From: Asterias rubens
Lineage: Eukaryota
Assembly: GCF_902459465.1 (NCBI RefSeq)
Contig: NC_047068.1
Span: forward strand, 558,001 to 622,000
Reading direction: 5' to 3'
Length of the DNA stretch: 64,000 bases
The notes under the pieces are model-generated. The model was not told the origin of the DNA and did not search any database. It saw only the letters and a list, made by a program, of their open reading frames with translations. Made by a program: the position numbers and the translations under genes. Shown here piece by piece: positions 1 through 12,400 of this stretch. The stretch's first letter is position 1; each line of letters starts with the position of its first letter.

Positions 1-97
1 TGTCCAAATGGATAAAAACAGAAGGGGAAACAAATTATTTGCCGAGAATAACGCGAAAAATTCGATACTTTTTAGTCCCCATTTAAGGTACATCAAA

Positions 98-348
98 GGG
101 TTCGTTCGTTTAGCTTCCCTGGGTCGACCCCGGTCTGATGCCCGCCCCGGTACGTTCGAATAGCTTTGACGGGGCTCACCCGGTTCAGCCCCCAGTGCCC
201 TGCTTGTGGAGTGGGTCACTTGGGGTGACCTGAGGTATACATGCAGTCACCACGAGAGGGCGAGTGTGATCGTTCGATTGGCTCTTGTCAGGGGCTCACC
301 CGGGTGAGCACCGCAGGGTAGACCCAGGGAAGCTAAACGAACGCACCC
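98..348. mobile_element. MITE with GGGTGCGTTCGTTTAGCTTCCCTGGG TIRs, copy 1
   Basis: About 26-bp TIRs; three copies lie in the first 1.5 kb. Confidence 0.8.
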
Positions 349-838
349 AAAATAGGGCACAGTCAGCAGGGGCAAAGTAATAAACTCAGAAGGACTTCAT
401 CAAATACATGTACAGGACCGGTCGTTTTCCTTCATCATTTTCGTTTATCTGTCTTCAGCTTTTTTAGAGAGTCACTTTGTGCGTCGTGACTCCCGGTGCT
501 GAATATTTCAGCAATATTGTATCTTAATTGCACCTACGTGATTCAATTTGTTGCAAGTGGGTAGTTTGGGTGTGTACTTGGAGCCATGGTGTGCAAGTAA
601 TTTGCAGCAAGCGTAAAATAAACGTTTTAAAATCACTATTGACCTCGCATAATGTAAAGTGAAGTAACTCTTAAAATTGGGATGAAGCGAATAATTATTT
701 TAAAACGTTTCACGACCGCTGCAAATTACTTGCTCACCATAACTTCAAGTACACATCTAAAATACCCCCTTGATTACATTGGATACAACCGATATCATTG
801 GATAAATGCAGTGCCTAAAAGCTACCGTAGCTGTGATA

Positions 839-1091
839 GGGTGCGTTCGTTTAGCTTCCCTGGGTCATCCCCGGTCTGTCATGGTGCGTTCGAATAGCTT
901 TTGACGTCATTCCAGGGGCTCACCCAGGTCAGCCCCCAGTGCCCTGCTTGTGTAATGGGTCACTTGGGGGCTGGCCCCAGGTAAACGACGCCACTACGAG
1001 AGCGGTGAGTGGTTGTTCGTTTAGCTCTTGGCGGGGGCTCACACCAGTGAGCACCGCGGGGTAGACCCATGGAAGCTAAACGAACACACCC
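839..1091. mobile_element. Same MITE, copy 2
   Basis: TIRs and body shared with 98-348. Confidence 0.8.
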
Positions 1092-1212
1092 TTTGTTTTG
1101 ATTGGTCTGAGGTCATCTCATGACCAATCAAAACACAGATATGTAAAGCTTACTTTTCGTTCATTTTACTTGCATGAAATGTTGGTATTATGGAACTTGT
1201 GCTTGTCTCTAC

Positions 1213-1453
1213 GGGTGCGTTCGTTTAACTTCCCTGGGTCGACCCCGGTCTGCCCCGGTACGTTCGAATAGCTTTGACGGGGATCACCAGGGTCAGCCCC
1301 CAGTGCCCTGATGTGGAGTGGGCTTCTTGGGGTGACCTGAGGTGCATGCCGTCACCACGAGAGGGCGAGTGTGATCGTTCGTTTAGCTCTTGCCAGGGGC
1401 TCACCCGAGTGAGCACCGCGGGGTAGACCCAATGAAGCTAAACGAACGCACCC
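1213..1453. mobile_element. Same MITE, copy 3
   Basis: TIRs and body shared with 98-348. Confidence 0.8.
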
Positions 1454-1665
1454 ATAGTGAAATGAATGCAGGTCAAAGGTGAATATACACGCTGATATTG
1501 AGGTCGGTCTCTGGCGTTATTTCAAGAGCCTCGAACCTAGCCTGAACATCTGCCGTCACACTTCGAGGCTCGTGAATGACAGGGGACCTGTCTATATAAA
1601 TAATTGCTGCATTTACCTGGTTGAGGGCGCTCTTTAAGTCTAACGGTCGTCAGATTCGGAACCAT

Positions 1666-2561
1666 AGACTGTTCCCTAGTCTGAACATTGGACGTACGCA
1701 TTTCAAGGCCCGTGAATTAGGCCCATCAGCCGAATATCTATATCAAATCATAGAGTCAAATCTCGACCCTTTTCAGCATAATGTTCGCAGTTCGAATCCA
1801 ACCCCAGTGCTTTAGAAGGGCGGTATTCACTGGAATACAAATTGTCAAGCAAATTGTTGTTATCTGTCTTTAGCTTTTTTAGAGAGTCACTTTGCGCTTC
1901 GTGACCCCCGGTGCTGTATGTTTCAGCAATGTTGTATCTTTGAAGTTGATTTTGTTACATTTGTGACTTACCAAAAATTGGCAAGGGGGTATTTTAGATG
2001 TGTACTTGTAATCATGGTGAGTAAGTAATTGGCAGCAGACGTGAAAGAAACGTTTTAAAATCACCTTTGACCTCGGATAATTAAGTAAAGTAACTCATAA
2101 AATTTGCATAAAGCGAATAATTATTTTAAAACGTTTGTTTCACGTCCGTTGTAAACTACTTGCATACCCACCATGACTTCAAGTACGCACCCCTAACACC
2201 CCTTGCCAAATTTAAGAGAGTCTCAGGTCATAAATTAAATAATGAAGGTGCAAAACCAACACCTAAGATACAATATTGCTGAAATATTCAGCACCGGGGG
2301 TCACGAAGCACAAAGTGACTCTCTAAAAAAGCTAAAGACAGATTTTAAAAAAACCTGCATGACAAGCATTTAATAACTATCAAGTGAATACCGCCCTCCT
2401 AAAGCACTGGGTTGGATTTGAACCGGGAACATTGTGTGGAAAAAGGTAGGGAAAATTGAGCCAAATCATCGATTTGACCCATACTCTATGATCTGATGTA
2501 GACTATGGGCCTAATTAAGTCACGGGCCTCGAAATGCGTACGTAAGACTCGGGACCAGTCT
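1666..2561. mobile_element. About 900-bp foldback element, AT|AGAC...GTCT|AT
   Basis: Arms are complementary over most of the length; a partial core copy lies at about 440-790. Confidence 0.7.
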
Positions 2562-5500
2562 ATCTTTTTATTTCAATCAACCGAAAGTTTAAGAAATGTT
2601 TTACTCAAGAGAGGGCGCACAATCGTTGTAGCGGTTACATTTTTTGATCGGCATAATTTTTACGACAAATTTCACTTCTGTGCACGAAGACGTGAATATT
2701 GACGCAAATATTTACGATTTGTGACAAACTCACGACTTTCTGCCCCGATTCGTAAATATTCAATTCACACCAAAGTTATTAAATATGAAAAAAATCAGTG
2801 ACTTTGCCCATCAGTCGTGAATGATGACAACAAATGGGCATGCAAGTCGAAATACCGACATCTTACGACTGGGAGTCCCAAGTCGATTCAAAATTGAAGC
2901 AAATAATTGCAATTGGGTTTCGACGTACCACAAGTCGTGAATAAAAGACGCAACCATGAATATACACGTTATTGGCACAGTTCGTTTGTCATCATTGGTG
3001 ACGTCACGTCTTGAGGTACTAGGTCATATATTTTGTCGTAACCGAAAAAATGGTTTTAAATTTGCAATCAAGATACGTGGCTTTTATTGCTTTTGATGAG
3101 GTGGTTTTATCTTGTGTTGCTTCATTATGCACCTGAACAGCCGATGTTGCAAATCAGTATTGTGCACAAAAAATAAAGTTATTTAGTAAGTTTAGTTACT
3201 AGTAGGCCCTATTATATTATCAAAATTGGGTCTTATTTATATTAAGAAGCCCCTACTTTGAATATTATTTTCTTCCTCTCTTCACCAACTGTTTTGGAGA
3301 TTGAAATAGTTGCGGTTTAAAATTACTGTAAATTATATTTTTTAGAATAAATGCTCAATAAAAATCCATAGGGCCCTACACATTCATTTTATTGTTCAGC
3401 AGATAATTTCGCTTTAAAACGAGTTTCCATTGGAAGTTAAAAATAACTTTTCTCTACGAAAAAAAGTACAAGATCAGGTTCAAGTGGTTCAAGCATCCCT
3501 ATTGTTAAAAAATTCCCCCCTGCCTGCCGAATACTATCCGGGTAGCATCATGTTTACCTCCCAACCCAATCCAGTGTTGCCCTCTGTGTCCACGAATGGC
3601 ACGTCAAAATGCCCCCTCGACGTATAATCGGGCCATTCATGGCGATTCCAACCTCCCGGAACGATGTGTAACCCGATCAACAAAATAAATGAGGAGCAGG
3701 AGACTTGTTTCCAAGTCTACCACGGGTTTGCTGGGAGTTCTCGACCAATCACCGCATGTTACTGTGATATTTTGGGAGAAGGACTTGAGGAAGTTTATGT
3801 ATTCAAAACAATGAATTAAACACGGTCGAGGTTTTTATCAATCCGGTGTGAATCACTACTGTGTACTTATGTGAAATTATGCAGCAATATTCTAAACTTT
3901 AATAATTAAAATCGTACAGGTATGTAAAAACAATTGTGGAGAAAATAATTCATAAAGTGTATTCTAACTTTTCCTATTTCAGAGTTGTTGCCAACATAGT
4001 TGTACACACACACACAGGGGAAAATATCAAATAAATGATATATCATGAATATCGCGTCTTCAAATTTATCTTTTTTTAATATGGATAAAATAACAAATTC
4101 GTCGCAACGTAAGCGGTTTCCGTCCAAAACATGAATTAATAGCTAAACACATTAGCATTTTGTGTCCTAATTAATTTGTTGACTGTGAAAATATGATACT
4201 GATTAAAAAATAATTATGTAAAATGCATGAGCTTGGCCTTTTAAAAAAGGGTAATGTTTTGTTTGGCGTTCTGAAGACTTCAAATAATATTATTTTCCCT
4301 CTTTTTAGCTTACCTACGTGTTCTTGATTTGCTTGATAAACTTCACATGGCAAAATAGTTATTCCAATGTTGGTGAAGATGATAAATCCATTGAGATTCT
4401 TGAAGACAAAATGGTACTCGGAAAACGTAGGAAGATGCATCCAAAATGAGTCGCCACAAGACTAATAAAACCATTCGACAATCAACAGTTGATGGAGACT
4501 AGCTGGATGTTTTGAAGACAAACATCACGATATTGAAGTTGATAAACGACTGCAATGCGCAGGCACATCATGTTGTTTCTAAAAGTTGCTATGTCGTAAA
4601 TCAAGAAGCTTTGGAAATATTCCCATGAGTGAAATAAAGCCGTAAACATTTATCATCAACATTCACATTCACAGCAGCACTGACACTGAATACAAATCCA
4701 CCGTAAATTCCACTGGATGCTGGAAAAGGGAAAGCGGACAAACTTTCGAAACTGCGAAACTTCGAAAGAGCATCAACAAGTTAACTTCACCACAAACAAC
4801 ATGTGTCTCCCGAAGTCACTCACCGGTAAACTGTCAGTGTTGTGATGGAGACAGATACGCCTCGACCCCCAGGCCTCGCACCTGAGACAGACATGACCAA
4901 CCTCGTGTCGTACTCACCACTCTTTAGCCTATAGTCAAGGCGTTATGAGGCAACAGCAACTGCACAACCCCACACACACGACAACAATTATGGCTTCCAG
5001 TTTACCGTACGAGCATTGAGTAGAGTCTAGCACACTCCCTTGATGTGGTCCGCATAGTTGACATACCTTCGGCCTTGCGTTTGTTCCGCTGGTGGTTTGC
5101 GCTAATTGGGCTGCACTTAATGTTAACAGCTGCTGTAGCAAACAAGGCTTGGAAAAGCATGGAGGAAGGAATACATTTTGTGTCCTTTCCATGGAAAAAA
5201 AACCTTGGCATCATGGATTCATGCTCTTGTTGTAGAAGTTATGCTTTTCAAAAAAGTAAAGGAATGGAGCTGGTTTCTAAAAACTAGTTAATAACACGCA
5301 AAGCAGAACATAGTTCCATATAAAGTCATCACTGGAACATACCCCAAATTAAGTCTACACTCAATCATTGGACATTACTTTTAGCAAATCTCCGCTTGGA
5401 GAAAATACTTGAGATCGTGTCGACCTGCGCATCAGAGAATCACCACTGTGCTTGCTCATTAAATTTGTGCGCTTAAGAAGAGATTATTCAAAGTGCTCGG

Positions 5501-7178
5501 GGGTCGCGGGGTGTTGAAATTTCTACGCCGTGTGGGGGGAAAATGTACGTGACGAATTCAACTTCGGATCAATCTGTTTGTGACGACGGTGATCTAAACA
5601 TGAACCAGTTTGTACCTCGATGTACTTGGTTGCACCATAGAGCAAGATTTATATGCAAAGAAATTGAAGTGTTTTCCATTTTGAGCTGAACTTTTTGAAT
5701 TATCTTTCCGCGCGTGAGTTTATCTCCATAACCACTGGTCGTTGAACACTGTGTAATTTTATTCATGTTCATTAAAATCAATGCTTGGTTTCACATGTTC
5801 AAGAAAAAAAAGTTTAGTTTCTTTTAATACACATATAATGTGGACGACCCAGGGGCAGGGGGCAACTGCCCTCCCAATTCAGGAAAACAGTGGGGACATT
5901 TCGGGCACAGCAAGAAGAAAACAATTACGAAGACAGTTTATCCGGTATTAGAATTTTGGTACTTGTTTTTTCATCTGACATTAAATTTCGAGCAAATCAT
6001 CCACTCACCACCCCCCCCCCCCCCCCCATTGAACCCGTACCAAGGAGTACCCATACGCCAAGTGCATTATGTTCCACATTAAGACGGCGCATATGCGGAT
6101 CCGTTTTTGTTGATGGCACGTTTAAACTTGTCAAAAGGAAGGGGAGCAGGGAGGGGTCTGGGTGTCCCCCCCCCCCCCCCCCGGACCAACCCCTAGATCT
6201 GCGCCTGAATCGACTGTTGGGAGACAACATTCTTCTCTCTCATCATTATGGAATAACTCCGTGAATTGGTACTGGTATAGAACTTATTAGGTTTACATTC
6301 TTAGCTTGGTCTAGAGTGCTGTATCATTTCTATAAGCATTACTGTCAAGTACTTTGAACAAAACGTAATTAATATTATCTGTTATCACAAACGTACCCCA
6401 AAGCTAAATTGCACACGCTACATATAATCAAGTTTTAAAAAAATGAGACTGGAATACTTTGCTTTTTGGTAAACCGAAAGTTATTTTTCTCCATATCAAA
6501 TGACAGTATTCAAATTATATACAAAAATCGTACTGTTATATAAATATACATAAAGCCATCAAACAAGTTCGGTTTACAAAAATTGTGACCTTGTACATTC
6601 AAGGACCTTTCTGGCAGTCAAGATAGCAAAGCCGTACTGGATCATCGAATCACTGATCAGAGAAGTTCTTGTTGAATTTGCATAAAAAAGGAGGGCCCAA
6701 CTTCATAGCGCTGCTTATAAGCACAAAAAGTATCTAAGCGCAACAACATTATGCTTACTATAACAAGGTTACCGGCCAAAATGCCCCGCCAAGTGTACAA
6801 TTTGTGACTAGTATCCTGCTCGTTATTGCTAAGCAGAGATTTCTGCTTTTAAGCAGCTCTATGAAAGTGGACCCGGGCTGTGTTGTCCTTCCAGCCTGGG
6901 TCTGGTCCACATATCTTGGTAATAGACTTGAGCAGTCTCCTGAAGATGACTAGAGAAGTCTCCAAATGATAGCAGGCTCGTCAATACAAACAACTCTCCC
7001 TGTTTCCCTATATCCATTCTGCAAGAGAAGTTCTTATCAGAACATAGGCAGTCACCCAGTTTGTCAGACTCGGCACTATACAACAATTTTCATTGAACTA
7101 CCAGTAGGTAGTACCATGGAGGTAGCCTCCATGGTAGTACCCAAGTACTAATCTAATCCCAGGCATAATAAACATTAA

Positions 7179-7545
7179 AGGGAAGGTACAAGTTTGGTAA
7201 TTGTCAAAGACCAGTCTTCTCACTTGGTGTATCCCATCATAAGCATAAAATAACAAGCCTGTGAAAATTTGGGCTCAATTGGTCATCGAAGTTGCGAGAA
7301 AATTATGAAAGAAAAAACACCCTTGTTGGACGAATTTGTGTGCTTTCAGATAGTAATAAAAGACTTCTAGCTAGAAGTCTTATATTATTTTAGTGAGAAA
7401 TTACCTCTTTCTCAAAACCTCAATACTTCAGAGGGAGTCGTTTCCCACAATGTTTTATACTATCAACAGCTCTCCAATGCTCGTTACCAAGTCAGTTTTT
7501 AAGTTAATATTTGTGTTGAGTAATTACCAAAAGTGTACCTTCCCT
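7179..7545. mobile_element. Kolobok-type MITE, AGGGAAGGTACA family
   Basis: TTAA|AGGGAAGGTACA...TGTACCTTCCCT|TTAA. Confidence 0.75.
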
Positions 7546-7607
7546 TTAAACAAAACGACAAAATCTTTTTTCTTGTAGTTTTCTTAGGTTTTGTATACAA
7601 CTGTTAA

Positions 7608-7986
7608 AGACAGTGTACACTAATGGTAATTGTCAAAGACCAGTCTTCTCACTTGGTGTATCTCAACATATGCACAAAATAACAAACCTGTGAAAATTTG
7701 AGCTCGATCGGTCGTCGGAGTTGCGAGATAACTATGAAAGAAAAAACACCCTTGTCACACGAAGTTGTGTGCTTTCAGATGCTTGATTTCGGGACCTCAA
7801 GTTCTAAACTTGAGGTCACAAAATCAAATTTGTGGAAAATTACTTTTTTTTTCGAAAACTACTCCACTTCAGAGGGAACCGTTTCTCACAATGTTTTATA
7901 CTACCAACCTCTCCCCATTACTTGATACCAAGTAAGGTTTTGTGCTAATAATTATTTTGAGTAATAACCAATAGTGTCCACTGCCT
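7608..7986. mobile_element. Kolobok-type MITE, main family (about 380 bp)
   Basis: TTAA flanks, AG..CT termini, TIR core TGGACACTATTGGTAATT. Confidence 0.8.
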
Positions 7987-9474
7987 TTAAAACATCCTAT
8001 TTCCTTGATCAAATAAAAGTATAATTAGTGTAATGGGTAATAAATTGAACAAAGATTTCTACCTTAAATTTCACCTGAAACATTAATAGCTATTTTTTAC
8101 CAAAAGAAATGTTCCTTCAAAATACAAAATTATACTTATTTCTATTACGAAATACCAGCGTAACCTGGGAATAGTACAACATTAGTGCTTTCAAGAGGCA
8201 TTTCCCCAAAGTAATTTAGTCCACCCTGATTCATCCAAAAAGCTTCTAACATTATTTTGATTAAAAAAATGGGTCAACTATAAGCAAAGTATAATATACC
8301 CCTATATTGCAGATACATCTCTATAAACAATGTTGTACCTTCATTTAATTTGTCTTGAATTACCAAAAAAGCTACCTTACACAATAAAAATACCTCAAAT
8401 TACATTTTACCAAAATATATCAATGATGTATGCTTTTGAAAATCTATTGTCTGGGGTTTCAGACACTCCAGATTGCATCCAAATGCAGCAACAATATCCA
8501 ATAATTTAAAATTCATCCCTAAATAAATGTTATTGCTTATACACCTTGCCTTTCACAAAATGTTGTTGCAGGCTCTACTTGGGTTTTGAGGTTGTTTGGT
8601 GAGCTATCACTGTACATTTCATTTTGGGGTAACACCATGTCTACTTTTTCTAGTTTGATGTGTCGAATTGTTCTTTGAGAATTTGATTTGCTATTATTGC
8701 TACTGCTGCTGAGTAGATTTAGGAACTTGCGAGACCATTTTATGAACTCACTCTGCGGCAAGAAAGTCAAGATTAAGTCACGGTTGAGATACTCTAAGAA
8801 CAACTCTACACAGAAAAATATACTATACACATACTGTTACCGCAAACATACAACCATGCAACCTCTGTTTCAAAAAGATGTGAAGCAGAAAAATGTGACT
8901 GTTTGCCTTCAAGTTAATTTCACTCAACCAATTATTTTTTAAAATGTATTTGTATAGCATTTCTGCTCCACACCTTTATGGAAAGTCTAGCTTACCAGCC
9001 CAAAATACCAAGTAAGGCCTTGTCCCGATTGGTGGCAACGGCTGCGACTACGACCGTTGCCAGGGGTGTTGCTTAGGGCGTCCTCTGTTCAGTGCATGAT
9101 GACGAGGCGATCCACCCGTAACCGTAGCCGTAGCCGCCAATTCGGATACTGCCTTATGCAAATTGATTGCGAGTGGTTCCCAGCTCGCATTCCGCTCTCA
9201 ACCTATGATAGGGTTTAGGCTGTATCGAAATTTGCGGCTACAGCTACGGCTCCGACTGTTGCTGAGTGTGTTGCTTCAATGCATGATGCTGATGATGATG
9301 ATGTGAAAATCTAGCCATAGCTGTAGCTGTAGCCGCTAGTTTAAAAATAACTACTTCGACCTCAGTCAGGTTGCTGTTTTAGCTTGTGAAACAATATGCA
9401 AGGAGTCTATACACCACTTCATTCAGTAATTTCAAGTCAACAATTGTGTCAGGTGACAATGAGTCAGGTGACGT

Positions 9475-12400
9475 TTATCCCAGTCCGACATCTAGTGACA
9501 TCATCACAATGAACCCAACTATGGTACCCCATGATGCTAGACGGCCATTGCCGCTGAAAAGAGATAAAAATAAGAGTCACATAAAATGAAATCATGAACA
9601 AATAAATCAACAAACACAAACAAAATGAATTAAATCAACAACCACACAAACACTTCTTTGTTTTAAAGAGTGTGTTGAACAATGGTAAGACTGAAAAAGG
9701 GTATAAATTTGCAATAACCTTACATTTTGGTATAGAAATGGTCATGGTGGAAAAACTTCCCTTGAAATATATTTGCCTGAAAATGCTGCAGCTTTCGAGA
9801 AACTTTAAATTTGGAAACAGTGAAAATATGTGGGGTTCCACTATTTTCTCAAATGACTTATTGCACTTAATCTTCCACAGGTTTGTTATGTCATTTCTAC
9901 AGTGCTAACACACATCGGTGTATGGGTGAAAACCAAAATTAATATTCTTTATCCCCGATGCAAATTTAACATCTCTTACATGTCTATGTTGGTCACACGA
10001 AGTGCACATACAATGACCAATGTTGACCATGGGTTTAAAAAGATTTTGGAGGAAATAACATTTTTATCGGAGACACACAAATTTGAACATATGAAAACAT
10101 TGAACAGTTACAAAATGGTAGAAACAATTTGACGGGTTGGGTTTAAAAAACAGTGTTGACAAAACAAATGATTGAAATGAAGAGTCTCTTGGAAAAAAAA
10201 ACCATTTGAATATTTTCAAATAAAGGTAATAACAGAGCGTCCCTATTGTAAAATTTCTCTGGAGAGTTATTTCCATCTGAAAGGTCGTTATTAAAAAGTT
10301 CATACCAACATCCTACGGAGAAATATTTCCATCTGAAAGCTAAATGATTATAAAGTTCATACCAGTACCAATCCTACAGAGAAATTGTCAGTCTGAAAGC
10401 TAAATGATTATAAAATTAATACCAGTACCTATCCTACAGAGAAATATTTCCATTTGAAGCTAAGTGATTATAAAATTAATACCAATACCTATTCTACAGA
10501 CAAATATTTCCATCTGAAAGCTAAATGATTATAAAATTCATAACAGTACCAATCCCAAAGAGAAATATATCCACCTGAAAGCTTAATTATAATAAAGTTA
10601 GTACCAGTAGCAGTGCTACATAGAAATATTTCCACCTGAAAGCTAAATGATTATAAAATTCATACCAGTAGCAATCCAACAGAGAAATATTTCCATCTGG
10701 AAGCTTAATTATAATAAACTTCATACCAGTCCTAATGCTATATAGAAATATTTCCATCTGAAAGCTAAATTATTATAAAGTTCATGCCAGTAGTCTCAGT
10801 ACCAATGGTTTAAAGAAACATTTCCACCTGAAAGCTCACTGATTATAAAGTTTATACCAGTACCAATGTCTTAGATAAATATTTCCATCTGAAAGCTCAC
10901 TGATTCTAAAGTTCATACCAGTACCAATCTGCTAAAGATATATTTCCATCTGAAAGCTCACTCATTATAAATGTTTATGCCAGTACCAATTCTTTAATGA
11001 AATATTTTCATCTGAAAGCTCAATGATCATAAAGTTCATACCAGTACCTATCCTTTAAATAAATATTTCCATCTAAAAGCTCACTGATTCTTAAGTTAAA
11101 ACCAGTACCAATCCTATAATATATGAATATGTCCATCTGAAAGCTCAGCGATTCTAAAGTTCATACCAGTACCATACCTATAATATAGGAATATTTCCAT
11201 CTAAAAGCTCACTGATTCTAAAGTTCATACCAGTAGAGTACCAATCCTATAATATAGGAATATTTCTGTCTGAAAGCTCACTGATTCAAAAGTTCATACC
11301 AGTACCAATCCTTTACTATAGTATAGAAATATTTCCATCCGAAAGCTAACTGATTCTAAAGTTCATACCAGTGCCAATCCTATAGTATAGGAATATTTCC
11401 GTCTGAAAGCTCACCGATTCTAAAGTTCATACCAGTACCAATCCTATAGTATAGGAATATTTCCATCTGAAAGCTAACTGATTCTAAAGTTTATACCAGT
11501 ACCAATCCTCTAGAGAAATATTTCCATCTGAAATACTTTCAAAGTCAAGGGAATAGCTTCTTTTTTTTTTTAAATCATCAGCGTAAACTTTGATTGCCAC
11601 AATAAAAAATAAGTTTGTTTTAAAAGAACCTCCTGTAGAAAAAAAAACCTACGATCATAAATAATTTGTCATTGTTTTTACGAAAACATTACAACCAACT
11701 AATATCATGAACCATTCACATAGGTTGCATGATGTGTTTGTTGTAAACTTGAAAATGGGATTAATTCAGCCATTGTCAAGCTGCCATCGTGCGTTTTGTT
11801 TCGTAGCACACACTCGTGCTGTTCGAGTGATGTGTGTGTGACAAGTGCATGGCGTGTGCATGTGTGCTTGACGTGCGCGTGTGAAACATTACATCCAACT
11901 AATATCATGAACCATTCACATAGGTTGTATGATGTGTTTTTTGTAAACTTGAGGACAGAATTAATTCAGCCATTGTCAAGCTGCCATCGTGCGTTCCGTT
12001 TCGTAGCACACGCTCGTGCCGTTCTAGTAATGTGTGTGTGACATGTGCGTGTGTGCTTGACGTGCGCGTGTAAAACCAACTAATATCATGAACCATTCAC
12101 ATTGGTTGTATGATGTTTTGTTGTAAACTTGAGGATGGAATTAATTCAGCCATTGTCAAGCTGCCATCGTGCATTTCGTTTCGTAGCACATGCGCATGCC
12201 ATTCTAGTGATGTGTGCGTGACGTGTGCATGGCGTGTGCGTGTGTGCTTGACGTGCGCGTGTAAGTACTCAAGACTGGCAATAAAATAGTGGCGTCATCT
12301 GAGAGGTATATACAGTATTGTGAATACCGAAGCTTTGGAAGACTTAGTTAATAATTTACTCTTCAACAAAGAAAATACTGTCTCCACATTGCAAACTCAC

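Noticed and set aside
5890-6264. Proline-rich 124-aa ORF
   Set aside because: It comes from poly-C tracts in small repeats, with no splice or domain support.
7698-7925. Recurring ORFs of the type [26 protein letters not shown] (also at 15765, 25793, 31999, 43868, 49247)
   Set aside because: They are chance frames in copies of one MITE; stops and frameshifts differ between copies.
7608-7986. piggyBac classification of the TTAA MITEs
   Set aside because: Termini are AG..CT, not CC..GG, which fits Kolobok better.
10243-11535. CRISPR-like array
   Set aside because: Units are contiguous degenerate repeats with no unique spacers, there are no cas genes, and the array lies in a eukaryotic intron.
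11853-11860. Metal-response elements (TGCRCNC) in a zinc-transporter intron
   Set aside because: A 7-mer expected by chance in GT/CA-rich repeats; I saw none in the proximal promoter.
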